Notes under the pieces: generated by a model | Seen by the model: only the letters and a program-made list of their open reading frames with translations | Told to the model about the DNA's origin: nothing | The model's database searches: none | Part shown: positions 30,137 to 38,947 of the stretch, in pieces | Layout: each line of letters begins with the position of its first letter | Numbering within the stretch: the first letter of the stretch is position 1 | Program-made: the position numbers and the translations under genes | Assembly (NCBI GenBank): GCA_018646625.1 | Contig: JABGUJ010000001.1 | Coordinates: 131,534-195,533 of the forward strand | Direction of reading: 5' to 3' | DNA: 64,000 nucleotides | Origin: Candidatus Woesearchaeota archaeon | GTDB lineage: Archaea; Nanobdellota; Nanobdellia; Woesearchaeales; JABGUJ01

Positions 30137-30705
30137 TGACTCTAGACCAACGCCTCCTGACAGGCAAGGATAGAAGAGATTACGAAAAGGTCAGGCTATT
30201 TTTTGGGGAAGTAGCCAAACATATTCCCCTTAGTGCCGACACTCCGATTGTCGACCTCTGCTGCGGCAACGGAATGCTCGGCTTTTATTTTTTAGAACTT
30301 TACCCAGAAGGTTATGTGCATTTCTATGATCAACAACAAACAGAAAGATTTAGAGAACTCGCCGAAGGAAAAACCAATTACACCTTCCATCAAGAAGACA
30401 TCAACACTCTAACGCAAACAGAAGAAGGAATACTCCTTTCAATACACGCCTGCTATATTTTAACAGACAAAGTAATTGAGTTAGGGTTACAAGAACACAA
30501 ACCATTTGCAATAATGCCTTGCTGCCACAGAAGAGAAATGATCCAGCAATGCGAAACTCCACCACACGTTCTACACACATATGGCTTGGCCGATTACATA
30601 GACATTACAAGAGCCAACGCAATAAGAGATCAAGGAAGATCATGCACATTAACAGAAATAAAAAGAAATAGAAAAAAGAAAAATAATTTAATTATTGTAC
30701 CTTAA
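30136..30705 (+). CDS. class I SAM-dependent methyltransferase (Methyltransf_32-like)
   Basis: IVDLCCGNGMLG motif I; SIHAC..LTD and IMPCCH motifs; TAATG coupling to lysS. Confidence 0.8.
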   Translation: MTLDQRLLTGKDRRDYEKVRLFFGEVAKHIPLSADTPIVDLCCGNGMLGFYFLELYPEGYVHFYDQQQTERFRELAEGKTNYTFHQEDINTLTQTEEGILLSIHACYILTDKVIELGLQEHKPFAIMPCCHRREMIQQCETPPHVLHTYGLADYIDITRANAIRDQGRSCTLTEIKRNRKKKNNLIIVP

Positions 30706-31738
30706 CAAACGCTCCACCTTCTACAGTAAAAAGATCGTATGGCTTTTCTATGTCGCCGAATGCATCAAACACAACTGTACCTGCAACACCATCAAATGAT
30801 TTTACAAGTTTCATTCCTTCAACAACATCATCTGATTTTTCTGCAGCCAAAGCAACAACATTCATTGTATCGTATGCCTCACCAGAGTATAACTTAGGAT
30901 CTTCTCCAAACTTTGCAAGATACTTAGCTGCAAAATCAGAGTACTTATCACCTTCAGCCATAGGAACCGTTATCAAGATACCCTCACCGAAAGGCAAGAC
31001 TTCACTATCCTTTGCACCTTCAACCGCAACAACCTGCGCTTCAATACCCATTTCTTTAATTTGCTTCAAAGCGAGTGCCGCATCTTTAGGAAACGCAACC
31101 AAATAGATTGCATCCACATCCTTAATCTTTGTAAGTTGAGTTCTAAAGTCTTTAGAGTCCGGTTCAAAACTTTCTGTTGCAAAAATCTTATCACCAATCT
31201 CTGCTTTAACAACATCCCTTAAGCCAACACCATAATCATGGCTAATATGCAATATTGCAATTTCACTAAAACCCTTCTCAACCATCAACTTAGCACCAAC
31301 TTTACCCTGTAATGCATCTGAAGGAGCCAACCTAAACACATGCTCACCGGCATCAGTTATTGAAGGAGCCGTAGCTGACGGAGATATTACCAACACACCA
31401 TCTAATTCTGCAACAGGCGCAATTGCCAGCAACTCAGGTGAACAAACAACAATAATTGCATCAACTTTGTGAACATCTCTTAAAGTTCTATATGCACCTA
31501 GTGCATCTTTACCATTACATCTACCATCTTGATAAAACATTTCAACTTCTAAATCTGAAGCCGCTAGTTCAACACCCTTTCTTATTGGCTCACCAATAAA
31601 AGCAGCATCTCCAGTTAACGGTCCAATGAAACCAACCTTCAATATATCTTCTTTAACAGGTTGACCAGTGATCTTTTCAGCACAGCCTACAAAAACTAAA
31701 CACATAATGATCATAATTAAACATAAAATCTTTCTCAT
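30692..31738 (-). CDS. LivJ/LivK-like amino acid-binding lipoprotein
   Basis: Lipobox FVGC; VGFIGPLTGDAA, DGRC, ISPSATAP, FRLAPSD, DFRTQLTKIK; close paralog of 9737..10960. Confidence 0.9.
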   Translation of the reverse strand: MRKILCLIMIIMCLVFVGCAEKITGQPVKEDILKVGFIGPLTGDAAFIGEPIRKGVELAASDLEVEMFYQDGRCNGKDALGAYRTLRDVHKVDAIIVVCSPELLAIAPVAELDGVLVISPSATAPSITDAGEHVFRLAPSDALQGKVGAKLMVEKGFSEIAILHISHDYGVGLRDVVKAEIGDKIFATESFEPDSKDFRTQLTKIKDVDAIYLVAFPKDAALALKQIKEMGIEAQVVAVEGAKDSEVLPFGEGILITVPMAEGDKYSDFAAKYLAKFGEDPKLYSGEAYDTMNVVALAAEKSDDVVEGMKLVKSFDGVAGTVVFDAFGDIEKPYDLFTVEGGAFVKVQ

Positions 31739-31855
31739 CTTAGCACCTCCACCAAGTTATTCTTATTCAGTGACAAAACAAATACTTAAAACTTTCAACC
31801 AGTTTTTTTGCATATTAGAAATATTTAAATAGAAAATACACCAATATGCCAAATA

Positions 31856-32827
31856 ATGACTAAAATCGACACTAAAGACCGTAAGATCATATCCGAACTC
31901 GATATGAACGCCCGCATTCCAACCACAGAGTTAGCCAAGAAAGTAGGGCTTTCAAGACAAGCAGTAGAATACAGAATCAATAGGTTAAGAAAAGAAAATG
32001 TACTTATCGGAGCATTCGCAGTTTTTGATAGCACAGTTGTTGGACACTGCTGGTACAGAGTTGCATTACAATTACTAAACACAACTAAAGAAGAAAAAGA
32101 TCTACTCATACAATATCTACAAGACAAAAAAGAAATCATGTGGATAGGAGAAGTAGGAGGAAACTGGGATTTAGTATTCAACTTCTTAGCAAAAGATAAT
32201 TTTGAATTCAACAAAATCTTTGAAGAAATCATAACCCAGAACAAAAATATAATCAAAAGGTATGAAATTCTAATTTACATTAACGTAATAGATATGGAAC
32301 GAAGCTACATATTTGAGCAACAAAGAGAGCGAAGATCATTCTTCCACAAAATGAAATATAATAACAAGATAAAACTTGACGAACTAGACACAAATATAAT
32401 ACGAGAATTATCTAAAAACGCACTAACTCCCGACTTAGAACTAGGAAGAAAATACTCGGTTTCCGGAAAAACCATAAGAAATCGAATAAAAGATTTAGAA
32501 AAACACAAAATAATCTTAGGTTACAGAATGTTCATAAACCCCTCTGCATTAAACTACCTCTCACACATGTTATTCTTAGGAATAAACAATGTAGATTTAC
32601 AAAAAGAAAAAGCACTACAAGAATACCTAAAAACAATCCCTAACGTCGCATTTATTGTAAAACATATAGGCAGATGGAGAATTGGAATGGAAATAGAAAC
32701 CAAAGACGCAAAAGAATTCCAAGACATATTTGTATCAATACGAGGACAGTTCTCAGACATTATCACCGACTTCGAATCATTCCCGCTATTCAAAGATCAT
32801 ACTGTGAACTACTTCCCTGGCATTTAA
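31856..32827 (+). CDS. tandem (double) Lrp/AsnC regulator
   Basis: Two HTH+RAM units: IDTKDRKII...LAKKVGLSRQAVEYRI and LDELDTNII...VSGKTIRNRIKDLE. Confidence 0.9.
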   Translation: MTKIDTKDRKIISELDMNARIPTTELAKKVGLSRQAVEYRINRLRKENVLIGAFAVFDSTVVGHCWYRVALQLLNTTKEEKDLLIQYLQDKKEIMWIGEVGGNWDLVFNFLAKDNFEFNKIFEEIITQNKNIIKRYEILIYINVIDMERSYIFEQQRERRSFFHKMKYNNKIKLDELDTNIIRELSKNALTPDLELGRKYSVSGKTIRNRIKDLEKHKIILGYRMFINPSALNYLSHMLFLGINNVDLQKEKALQEYLKTIPNVAFIVKHIGRWRIGMEIETKDAKEFQDIFVSIRGQFSDIITDFESFPLFKDHTVNYFPGI

Positions 32828-32890
32828 ACTCAAGTAGAAAGACTTATAAACATCCATAAGACCTTTCTAGACACAAGGGGGATTGATCTA

Positions 32891-33964
32891 ATGGGACTCT
32901 TTAAAGACATGCTGAAGGATTCTGAAACACTTTTTAAGAACACAATAGCACTAGATTACGACTACGTACCTAAGCTAATCCCATTTAGAGAAAAACATCA
33001 ACACTTCATTGCAACATGCGTAAAACCATTATTCATGAACAGAAATGCAAGAAATGTAGTGATCCACGGCCTACCAGGTGTAGGAAAAACTGTCGCATGT
33101 AAACATGTTCTAAACGAAATAGAAGAAGAAACTGATGACATCTATGTACTATATGTAAACTGCTGGCAAAAGAATACTAGTTACAAAGTAATTATTGACA
33201 TTTGTGAACAATTAGGATACAAACTAACCCACAACAAAAAAAGCGATGAATTATTTTCAATAGCAAGAAACATGGTCAACAAAAAGGCCGCCGTTTTTGT
33301 GTTTGATGAAGTAGACAAGTTAGAAGATTACGATTTCTTATACTATATCTTAGAAGAAATATACAGAAAGTCAATCATAACTATAACAAATTACAAAGAT
33401 TGGATACAAAATTTAGATCAAAGAATAAAATCACGATTAACTGCAGAGATAATTGAATTTCAGCCTTACGACGAAGCCGAAACAAGAGAAATATTAAGAC
33501 AAAGAATAAAATATGCATTCGTAGATGATATATGGGCTGAGGATGCTATAGAAATTGCAGTAACTAAAACTGCCGAAATGGGAGATGTAAGATCTGGATT
33601 ATACCTTCTAAGAGAAGCAGGGAACTTAGCAGAAGACAGCTCTTCAACCAAAATAACTAAAGATCACATTCTAAAAGCAATTGAAAAACTAGATGAGTTC
33701 AGTATAAAGAAAAAAGAAGAACTCGAAGATGATTTACAAGACATCTTAGAAATAGTAAAAGAAAACTCTGGAAAGAAGATAGGAGATGCCTACAAAGCAT
33801 ACCAAGCAAAAGGTGGAAAAGCCGGCTACAAAACATTTCAAAGAAAGATCAAAAAACTTTCAGAATCTCGATTTATCACAGTTACTAAAACCACGGGTGG
33901 CGCAGAAGGCACAACCAGTATTCTAGAGTACAAGACAGCCACTAAAAAGCTAACTGATTTTTAA
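32891..33964 (+). CDS. cdc6: Cdc6/Orc1 family AAA+ replication initiator
   Basis: LDYDYVPKLIPFRE, Walker A GLPGVGKT, YVNC, Walker B FDEVD, RIKSRL, GDVR; C-terminal KKLTDF. Confidence 0.93.
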   Translation: MGLFKDMLKDSETLFKNTIALDYDYVPKLIPFREKHQHFIATCVKPLFMNRNARNVVIHGLPGVGKTVACKHVLNEIEEETDDIYVLYVNCWQKNTSYKVIIDICEQLGYKLTHNKKSDELFSIARNMVNKKAAVFVFDEVDKLEDYDFLYYILEEIYRKSIITITNYKDWIQNLDQRIKSRLTAEIIEFQPYDEAETREILRQRIKYAFVDDIWAEDAIEIAVTKTAEMGDVRSGLYLLREAGNLAEDSSSTKITKDHILKAIEKLDEFSIKKKEELEDDLQDILEIVKENSGKKIGDAYKAYQAKGGKAGYKTFQRKIKKLSESRFITVTKTTGGAEGTTSILEYKTATKKLTDF

Positions 33965-34023
33965 AAAGTTTTATATACCCTCAGAGGCTAATTTTCTATA
34001 ATCTCACAAAAGGAGGGGTTGAC

Positions 34024-34269
34024 ATGTATAAAGGAATCATAGCAATTCTAGCAATATTAGTTCTTGTATTAGCAGGGTGCGGAGCTACAGGAAACGTTGT
34101 ATTAGACACAGATACACAAGATAGCGGAGAAACACAATTAACTAAAGCAGGAGAAACTAGAGTATCAAAAAAAGCAGTGTGTGATAACACATTCGATGAC
34201 GCAAGAGTAAAAAAATGTTACAAAATGTTTGGAGTAACTCAAATCATCGGTGGCGACGTAGCAGAATAA
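34024..34269 (+). CDS. small putative lipoprotein
   Basis: Lipobox LAGC followed by ATGNVV; RBS GGAGG; upstream TTTATATA. Confidence 0.7.
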   Translation: MYKGIIAILAILVLVLAGCGATGNVVLDTDTQDSGETQLTKAGETRVSKKAVCDNTFDDARVKKCYKMFGVTQIIGGDVAE

Positions 34270-34270
34270 G

Positions 34271-35038
34271 ATGAGTATTAGAGACACAGCAGAGAAAGCA
34301 ATAGAAAAATCTCGCCAAATCATCTTAGATTATTATAATAAAGAATTTAATCTAAAACACAAAGTAGGTAGAGATATAGTCACACAAGCAGATCTAGACT
34401 CAGAAAAAGCAATCATCGATCAAATAAAAAAAGACTTTCCAGATCATAGAATTCTATCAGAAGAATGCGGAGACAAAAAAGAAGTCTCAGACTACATGTG
34501 GATCATCGACCCAATAGATGGCACAATGAACTTCGCAAAAGGCATGGAGGAATATTGTATTTCAATAGGTGTAGAACACAAAGGAGAATTAGTATTTGGA
34601 ATAATTCATAAACCTAAGACTAATCAAACATACTTCGCAGAAAAAGGTAAAGGCGCATTCCTAGACGGAAAACAAATAAAAGTATCACACGAAACAGAAT
34701 ACAAAGACATGACCTTGGGCACAGATTGTAGTCATGTAGATGAAGTTCAAAAAGAAAACTTTGAGAAATTAACAAATATGTGTACAGACTTTAGAACAAT
34801 CAGAATAATGGGTAGCACCGCATTACACCTTGCAAGACTTGCAGAGGGACATCTTGATCTATACTACAAAAACAGATTTCACTATTGGGACTTTGCCGCA
34901 GGAACACTCATACTGCAAGAAGCAGGTGGGAAAATAACAGATTTTGATGGCAACCCAATCAACAAAGATTCAAAAAACGCAGTTGCAACAAACGGAATAA
35001 ACCACGAAAAATTTCTAGAACTAGTCAATAGAGTCTAA
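34271..35038 (+). CDS. suhB: inositol monophosphatase family protein
   Basis: DIVTQAD, SEE, WIIDPIDGTMNF, WDFAAG..ILQEAGG. Confidence 0.92.
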   Translation: MSIRDTAEKAIEKSRQIILDYYNKEFNLKHKVGRDIVTQADLDSEKAIIDQIKKDFPDHRILSEECGDKKEVSDYMWIIDPIDGTMNFAKGMEEYCISIGVEHKGELVFGIIHKPKTNQTYFAEKGKGAFLDGKQIKVSHETEYKDMTLGTDCSHVDEVQKENFEKLTNMCTDFRTIRIMGSTALHLARLAEGHLDLYYKNRFHYWDFAAGTLILQEAGGKITDFDGNPINKDSKNAVATNGINHEKFLELVNRV

Positions 35039-35434
35039 CACCACCCTTCTAACAGTATATTTTCTACACAACCTTGCTAAACTTCTAGGAAACAAATCGC
35101 CGCCTGAATTAGTAAACTGAACGACCGCGGTTGCAGGTCCTATAGGTATATCGGCAAAAGCTACACACTCCAAATGCCTCCTTATAACATCATCAATAAA
35201 ATCAGGCTCATGATCAAAATTACCAAATTCAGAATCTATAGGCGAGGCAGGAACTTGATAACTACCATCAGAAAACATCGCAAAATATGGGAAGCCAAAA
35301 CCAGAATAACGTCTTTGAACCACCTCAATAAACCTTTGATGATTTAACAAATCCGACTCAGTCAATTGAAGACCTGGACTAAGAAAAGTTGGTAAATCGC
35401 CCTTAACTGTAACCAAATACAAGTCTTCCCCCAT
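35021..35434 (-). CDS. hypothetical protein
   Basis: 137-aa ORF with RBS GGAGGAG; fills the gap between genes. Confidence 0.65.
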   Translation of the reverse strand: MGEDLYLVTVKGDLPTFLSPGLQLTESDLLNHQRFIEVVQRRYSGFGFPYFAMFSDGSYQVPASPIDSEFGNFDHEPDFIDDVIRRHLECVAFADIPIGPATAVVQFTNSGGDLFPRSLARLCRKYTVRRVVLDSID

Positions 35435-35529
35435 CTACTGCTCCTCCATAGAACACAGCCACACAACAACACTTTATTTAAACATTTCGCAACCAAAAAT
35501 AGTTAAATCAAACAACCAAACAATAAATC

Positions 35530-36024
35530 ATGTATCCATTAACACACTTCCTATTACCATTCTTAATATCATCTGTATTAGAAATATTCAATGTAGTAGA
35601 TTTTCAAACAACATTAATCATATCGATCTTAGCAGTAGCCATTGATCTAGATCATTTAATTGCACATTACAGAAATCACAAAGAACTCAGCATAAAAAAC
35701 ACATGGAACAATCAATTTGTTCATAAAACAGAAAACCAACGCTCACCCATTCACAGACCAGTTGGATTCAAAGCAGTTACCGCACTAGCCGCCGCAGTTC
35801 TAATAATTCACCCAACAACCGCATTAATTATCACAATTGCATACTACACACACTACTTCCTAGATCATTTTAACTTCCACATCAAATCCAGCAAACTTCA
35901 ACTAAAAGTTTTTGGCTTTATGACACACATTTCTATCACAGAAATAGCACTAGACATCATACTAATTCTTCTTGCAACAGTCACAAGTCCGGTGATTAGA
36001 ACAACCCTAACTATAATATTCTAG
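35530..36024 (+). CDS. membrane-bound metal-dependent hydrolase (YdjM-like)
   Basis: THF, DLDH, RSPIH, THYFLDH motifs with TM helices. Confidence 0.75.
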   Translation: MYPLTHFLLPFLISSVLEIFNVVDFQTTLIISILAVAIDLDHLIAHYRNHKELSIKNTWNNQFVHKTENQRSPIHRPVGFKAVTALAAAVLIIHPTTALIITIAYYTHYFLDHFNFHIKSSKLQLKVFGFMTHISITEIALDIILILLATVTSPVIRTTLTIIF

Positions 36025-36195
36025 CTTTGATGCTATTATCACAGACCACTGGACACTGGACATCTGTTCAAGTGAGGTATATAAAGCAAACAGGACTATT
36101 TTCTATTATCAAAAAATAAACATGGCAGGCATAAGGTGACAAAACCGTGTCTCCTGCCACCCTTTCCAATGACAGAGAAAAAAGAGGTACAGAAA

Positions 36196-36327
36196 ATGAT
36201 GCACTACGAGACTTACCCAAACAAAGCCATCGAAGACTTGTTCTATAATCAAATAAGAGCATTATCTACAGGAATCAAAAACACAAACACATTCGATCTA
36301 CAATTCAGCGACAGGTGGCTAAAATGA
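36196..36327 (+). CDS. small hypothetical protein, 43 aa
   Basis: RBS GAGGT at 36184-36188; TATATAAA at 36078-36085; ATGA overlap with the next ORF. Confidence 0.5.
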   Translation: MMHYETYPNKAIEDLFYNQIRALSTGIKNTNTFDLQFSDRWLK

Positions 36328-36500
36328 ATGCAATACTAAACATCTCAGCAGAAATAGAAATCCTTAGAGAAAAAGAAAAGATAAAACAATCGCACTTAAT
36401 GAGCAAAGCCAAAAGATATGGCTTAAACATTTCAGATTCATACCATGATTTTGAGTACGCTTGGAGCAAAGGACTTTTGTCTCCTAACCCTTTTTCTTGA
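36324..36500 (+). CDS. small hypothetical protein, 58 aa
   Basis: RBS AGGTGG at 36313-36318; translationally coupled to the previous ORF. Confidence 0.55.
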   Translation: MNAILNISAEIEILREKEKIKQSHLMSKAKRYGLNISDSYHDFEYAWSKGLLSPNPFS

Positions 36501-36523
36501 ATTGTTTGCCGCCCTTTTTCACC

Positions 36524-36550
36524 CCCTCCCATAAGGAGGGCCCTCTTTCT
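36524..36550 (+). terminator. GC hairpin followed by pyrimidine tract
   Basis: CCCTCC-CATAA-GGAGGG then CCCTCTTTCT after the two small ORFs. Confidence 0.4.
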
Positions 36551-36667
36551 ATACCTGACAAGATTGACCTAAAACACACAATTTGCCAGAATTCATGCCA
36601 CACAACCCCCAAAACACCCTAATCTCCAACCAAATGTTTTATATAGGACCTGCTGTACCTTGGATAT

Positions 36668-37225
36668 ATGGACGTATTAAACAAGGATGAATACTTCATC
36701 CGAATGGACGAAATCAAAGAGAAGATTGCACTAGGAGCCCTTTTCATCTATCCTACTGATACGATTTATTCTATTGGCTGCGATGCAACTAATCCTACAT
36801 CTGTTAAGAAAATCAGAGAAATAAAAGAAAAACCAGATGGCGGCTTTTCCGTAATACCTCCGCACAAACAATGGATTTATGATAATTGCGTAATTGATGA
36901 CCAAGCAAAAGATCACATTGAAAATAATTTACCATCTACTGATACTTTAAGACTTACTTTAGCTAACAAAAACGCTGTTTGCAAAGAAGCAACTTCTGGT
37001 GAAGAAGTTATTAACGTTAGAATACCAAAAAGTTGGATAAGAGGAATTGTAAGACAAGTTGACAAACCAATAGTAATTACCGCAGTAAACAAACTTGGAA
37101 GAGTTCCAATGACTAACGTAGAAGATCTTGATCCTGAAATTAAAAGTCGAGTTGATTTAATAATTGAAGAAGGCTCAATAAAAGGTATGCCTTCCAAACT
37201 TATACATCTCGAAGCTAAACCATAA
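36668..37225 (+). CDS. TsaC/YrdC (Sua5-family) domain protein, degenerate motifs
   Basis: YPTDTIYSIGCDA, VRIP, PSKLI; KxR is KEK and SxN is AVN. Confidence 0.82.
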   Translation: MDVLNKDEYFIRMDEIKEKIALGALFIYPTDTIYSIGCDATNPTSVKKIREIKEKPDGGFSVIPPHKQWIYDNCVIDDQAKDHIENNLPSTDTLRLTLANKNAVCKEATSGEEVINVRIPKSWIRGIVRQVDKPIVITAVNKLGRVPMTNVEDLDPEIKSRVDLIIEEGSIKGMPSKLIHLEAKP

Positions 37226-37227
37226 AA

Positions 37228-37830
37228 ATGAGAATTCTTGCCACGGGAGATTTCCACGGCGATACCTCCCTTGTAGAAAAGCTTGCTGAGAAGGCAGAAA
37301 AAGAAAATGTTGACTTAGTTATTATTACAGGCGATATGACTATGGCCGAAAAAAGCACAGACAACCTCATAGGCCCATTTGTAAAAAAGAATAAAAAAGT
37401 TCTTCTCATACCTGGCAATCACGAAAGTTTTGCAACTGCAGACTTCATGGCTAAACTCTACGACGTAAAAAACATTCACGGTTATTCTGTAAGATACCAC
37501 GACGTAGGCATTTTTGGTTGTGGCGGTGCAAACATCGGAGTACATCAAATCTCAGAAGACGAAATTTTTGGTTTACTAAAACAAGGTTTTGACCAGATAA
37601 AATATTTAGAACAAAAGATAATGGTAACTCATCTTCATCCAACAGGTTCAGTGGTTGAAAAATTCTCACAGTTTGTACCAGGCAGTGAAGGTGTTAGAAA
37701 AGCAATCGAAAAGTTCAAACCAAAATTCTTACTTTGCTCTCACGTTCATGAAGCAAAAGGTATTGAAGAAATGATTGGCGACACAAAAGTTATCAACGTA
37801 GCTAAACACGCCAGAATTATTGACATTTAA
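37228..37830 (+). CDS. calcineurin-like metallophosphoesterase (Icc-related)
   Basis: GDFHG, TGD, PGNHE, TH..P, SHVHE. Confidence 0.92.
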   Translation: MRILATGDFHGDTSLVEKLAEKAEKENVDLVIITGDMTMAEKSTDNLIGPFVKKNKKVLLIPGNHESFATADFMAKLYDVKNIHGYSVRYHDVGIFGCGGANIGVHQISEDEIFGLLKQGFDQIKYLEQKIMVTHLHPTGSVVEKFSQFVPGSEGVRKAIEKFKPKFLLCSHVHEAKGIEEMIGDTKVINVAKHARIIDI

Positions 37831-38260
37831 ATTTTAATTCTTCAGCCATTTTAGCTTTATCTTCTTTAGACAAATCTAAGTACTGTTCCCAAGATTCCCA
37901 CTCGGGTTTAGGATCTGCATCCAACCATGCCTGAAGAAGATTCCAGACACCAAACTCGCCCGGTGCAATCTGATAATGAATATGATCTTGACTAATATGT
38001 TTAAAGCCATTCAATAAAGCCACAGCCGACAACCCAGTAACATCAAATATATGTTTACGAACAGAAGACAACATTTTATGCAAAGACAGTGATTCTTCAG
38101 CAGTTAAATCCTTAAAATCTTCAACATGACGTATAGGAGAAATTAAAATATGATATTTAACTTGTAAATCTCTTTTAATCATGGCATAAGAATACTCATC
38201 TTTACAAATTATTCTATAAGAATCTTCTTTTGCAGCCTTACACAACGCACAATCTGTCAT
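37817..38260 (-). CDS. HIT family nucleotide hydrolase/transferase (HxHxQ variant)
   Basis: DCALC, HILISPIRHV, LNG, DHIHYQI. Confidence 0.85.
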   Translation of the reverse strand: MTDCALCKAAKEDSYRIICKDEYSYAMIKRDLQVKYHILISPIRHVEDFKDLTAEESLSLHKMLSSVRKHIFDVTGLSAVALLNGFKHISQDHIHYQIAPGEFGVWNLLQAWLDADPKPEWESWEQYLDLSKEDKAKMAEELKFKCQ

Positions 38261-38295
38261 AGAAAATCAAATTAAGAACTAAGATTTAAAACTAT

Positions 38296-38943
38296 CTACA
38301 AATCCTTAAGATAACATACCAAGTCTATATTCTCATCAGGATACTGATCTACCCAAAACATTGTCCTTACCTTAGAAAACTCACTAAATCCATTCTTAAA
38401 CCAGAAATTGTCATTAGGATTCAAAGATGTACAATAAGAACAAGCATAAATCCTATCAACACCCTTAGATTTCGCATTAGAGAACAACCGTTTTAAAAGT
38501 TTAGAACCCAAACCACCACCTCGGGCTTCAGGCAATAAATTAATATGCAAATGCGCAGCACCCTTTGGCAATTTAAAACTTCTTTCGGAAGAAATTCCAG
38601 TTATTATTTTTAGATACGCTTTGATTTTACCCTTCCAAAAAATCTTATCTTTCTCAGGCAGAAAAATCAACCTAAATATATTCAAAATTGAATATTTTAT
38701 TGTAGGAAGAACCACATCACGTCTTGTACCCTGAAAACAACCAAGAGCATAACCAACAATCTCGCCTTTATCTTCTAAAACCAGAATATTCTTCGACTCT
38801 TTATCTAAATAATAATATATTTTCTCATTCCACATGTGAGGTATAGATATTAATTCGGCCATGGACTTACCGATAAAACCAGTTTCAAATTGAACTTTTT
38901 CAACTCCAGACCTATCGGAATATTTATATTGCCTTATGTTCAT
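38296..38943 (-). CDS. GNAT family N-acetyltransferase
   Basis: IVGYALG, AHLHINLLPEARGGGLGSKLL, FWFKNGF. Confidence 0.88.
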   Translation of the reverse strand: MNIRQYKYSDRSGVEKVQFETGFIGKSMAELISIPHMWNEKIYYYLDKESKNILVLEDKGEIVGYALGCFQGTRRDVVLPTIKYSILNIFRLIFLPEKDKIFWKGKIKAYLKIITGISSERSFKLPKGAAHLHINLLPEARGGGLGSKLLKRLFSNAKSKGVDRIYACSYCTSLNPNDNFWFKNGFSEFSKVRTMFWVDQYPDENIDLVCYLKDL

Positions 38944-38947
38944 AATC

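Noticed and set aside
32828..34023. Replication origin next to cdc6
   Set aside because: Flanking spacers are only about 60 bp with no repeated ORB boxes, and the A/C-rich bias of the plus strand appears by eye to continue on both sides. A cumulative skew plot would settle it.
36041..36066. ACTGGAC tandem repeat giving a mini-ORB-like TCCAGTGG on the minus strand
   Set aside because: Only one full core, no G-string and no flanking AT-rich unwinding element; consistent with chance.
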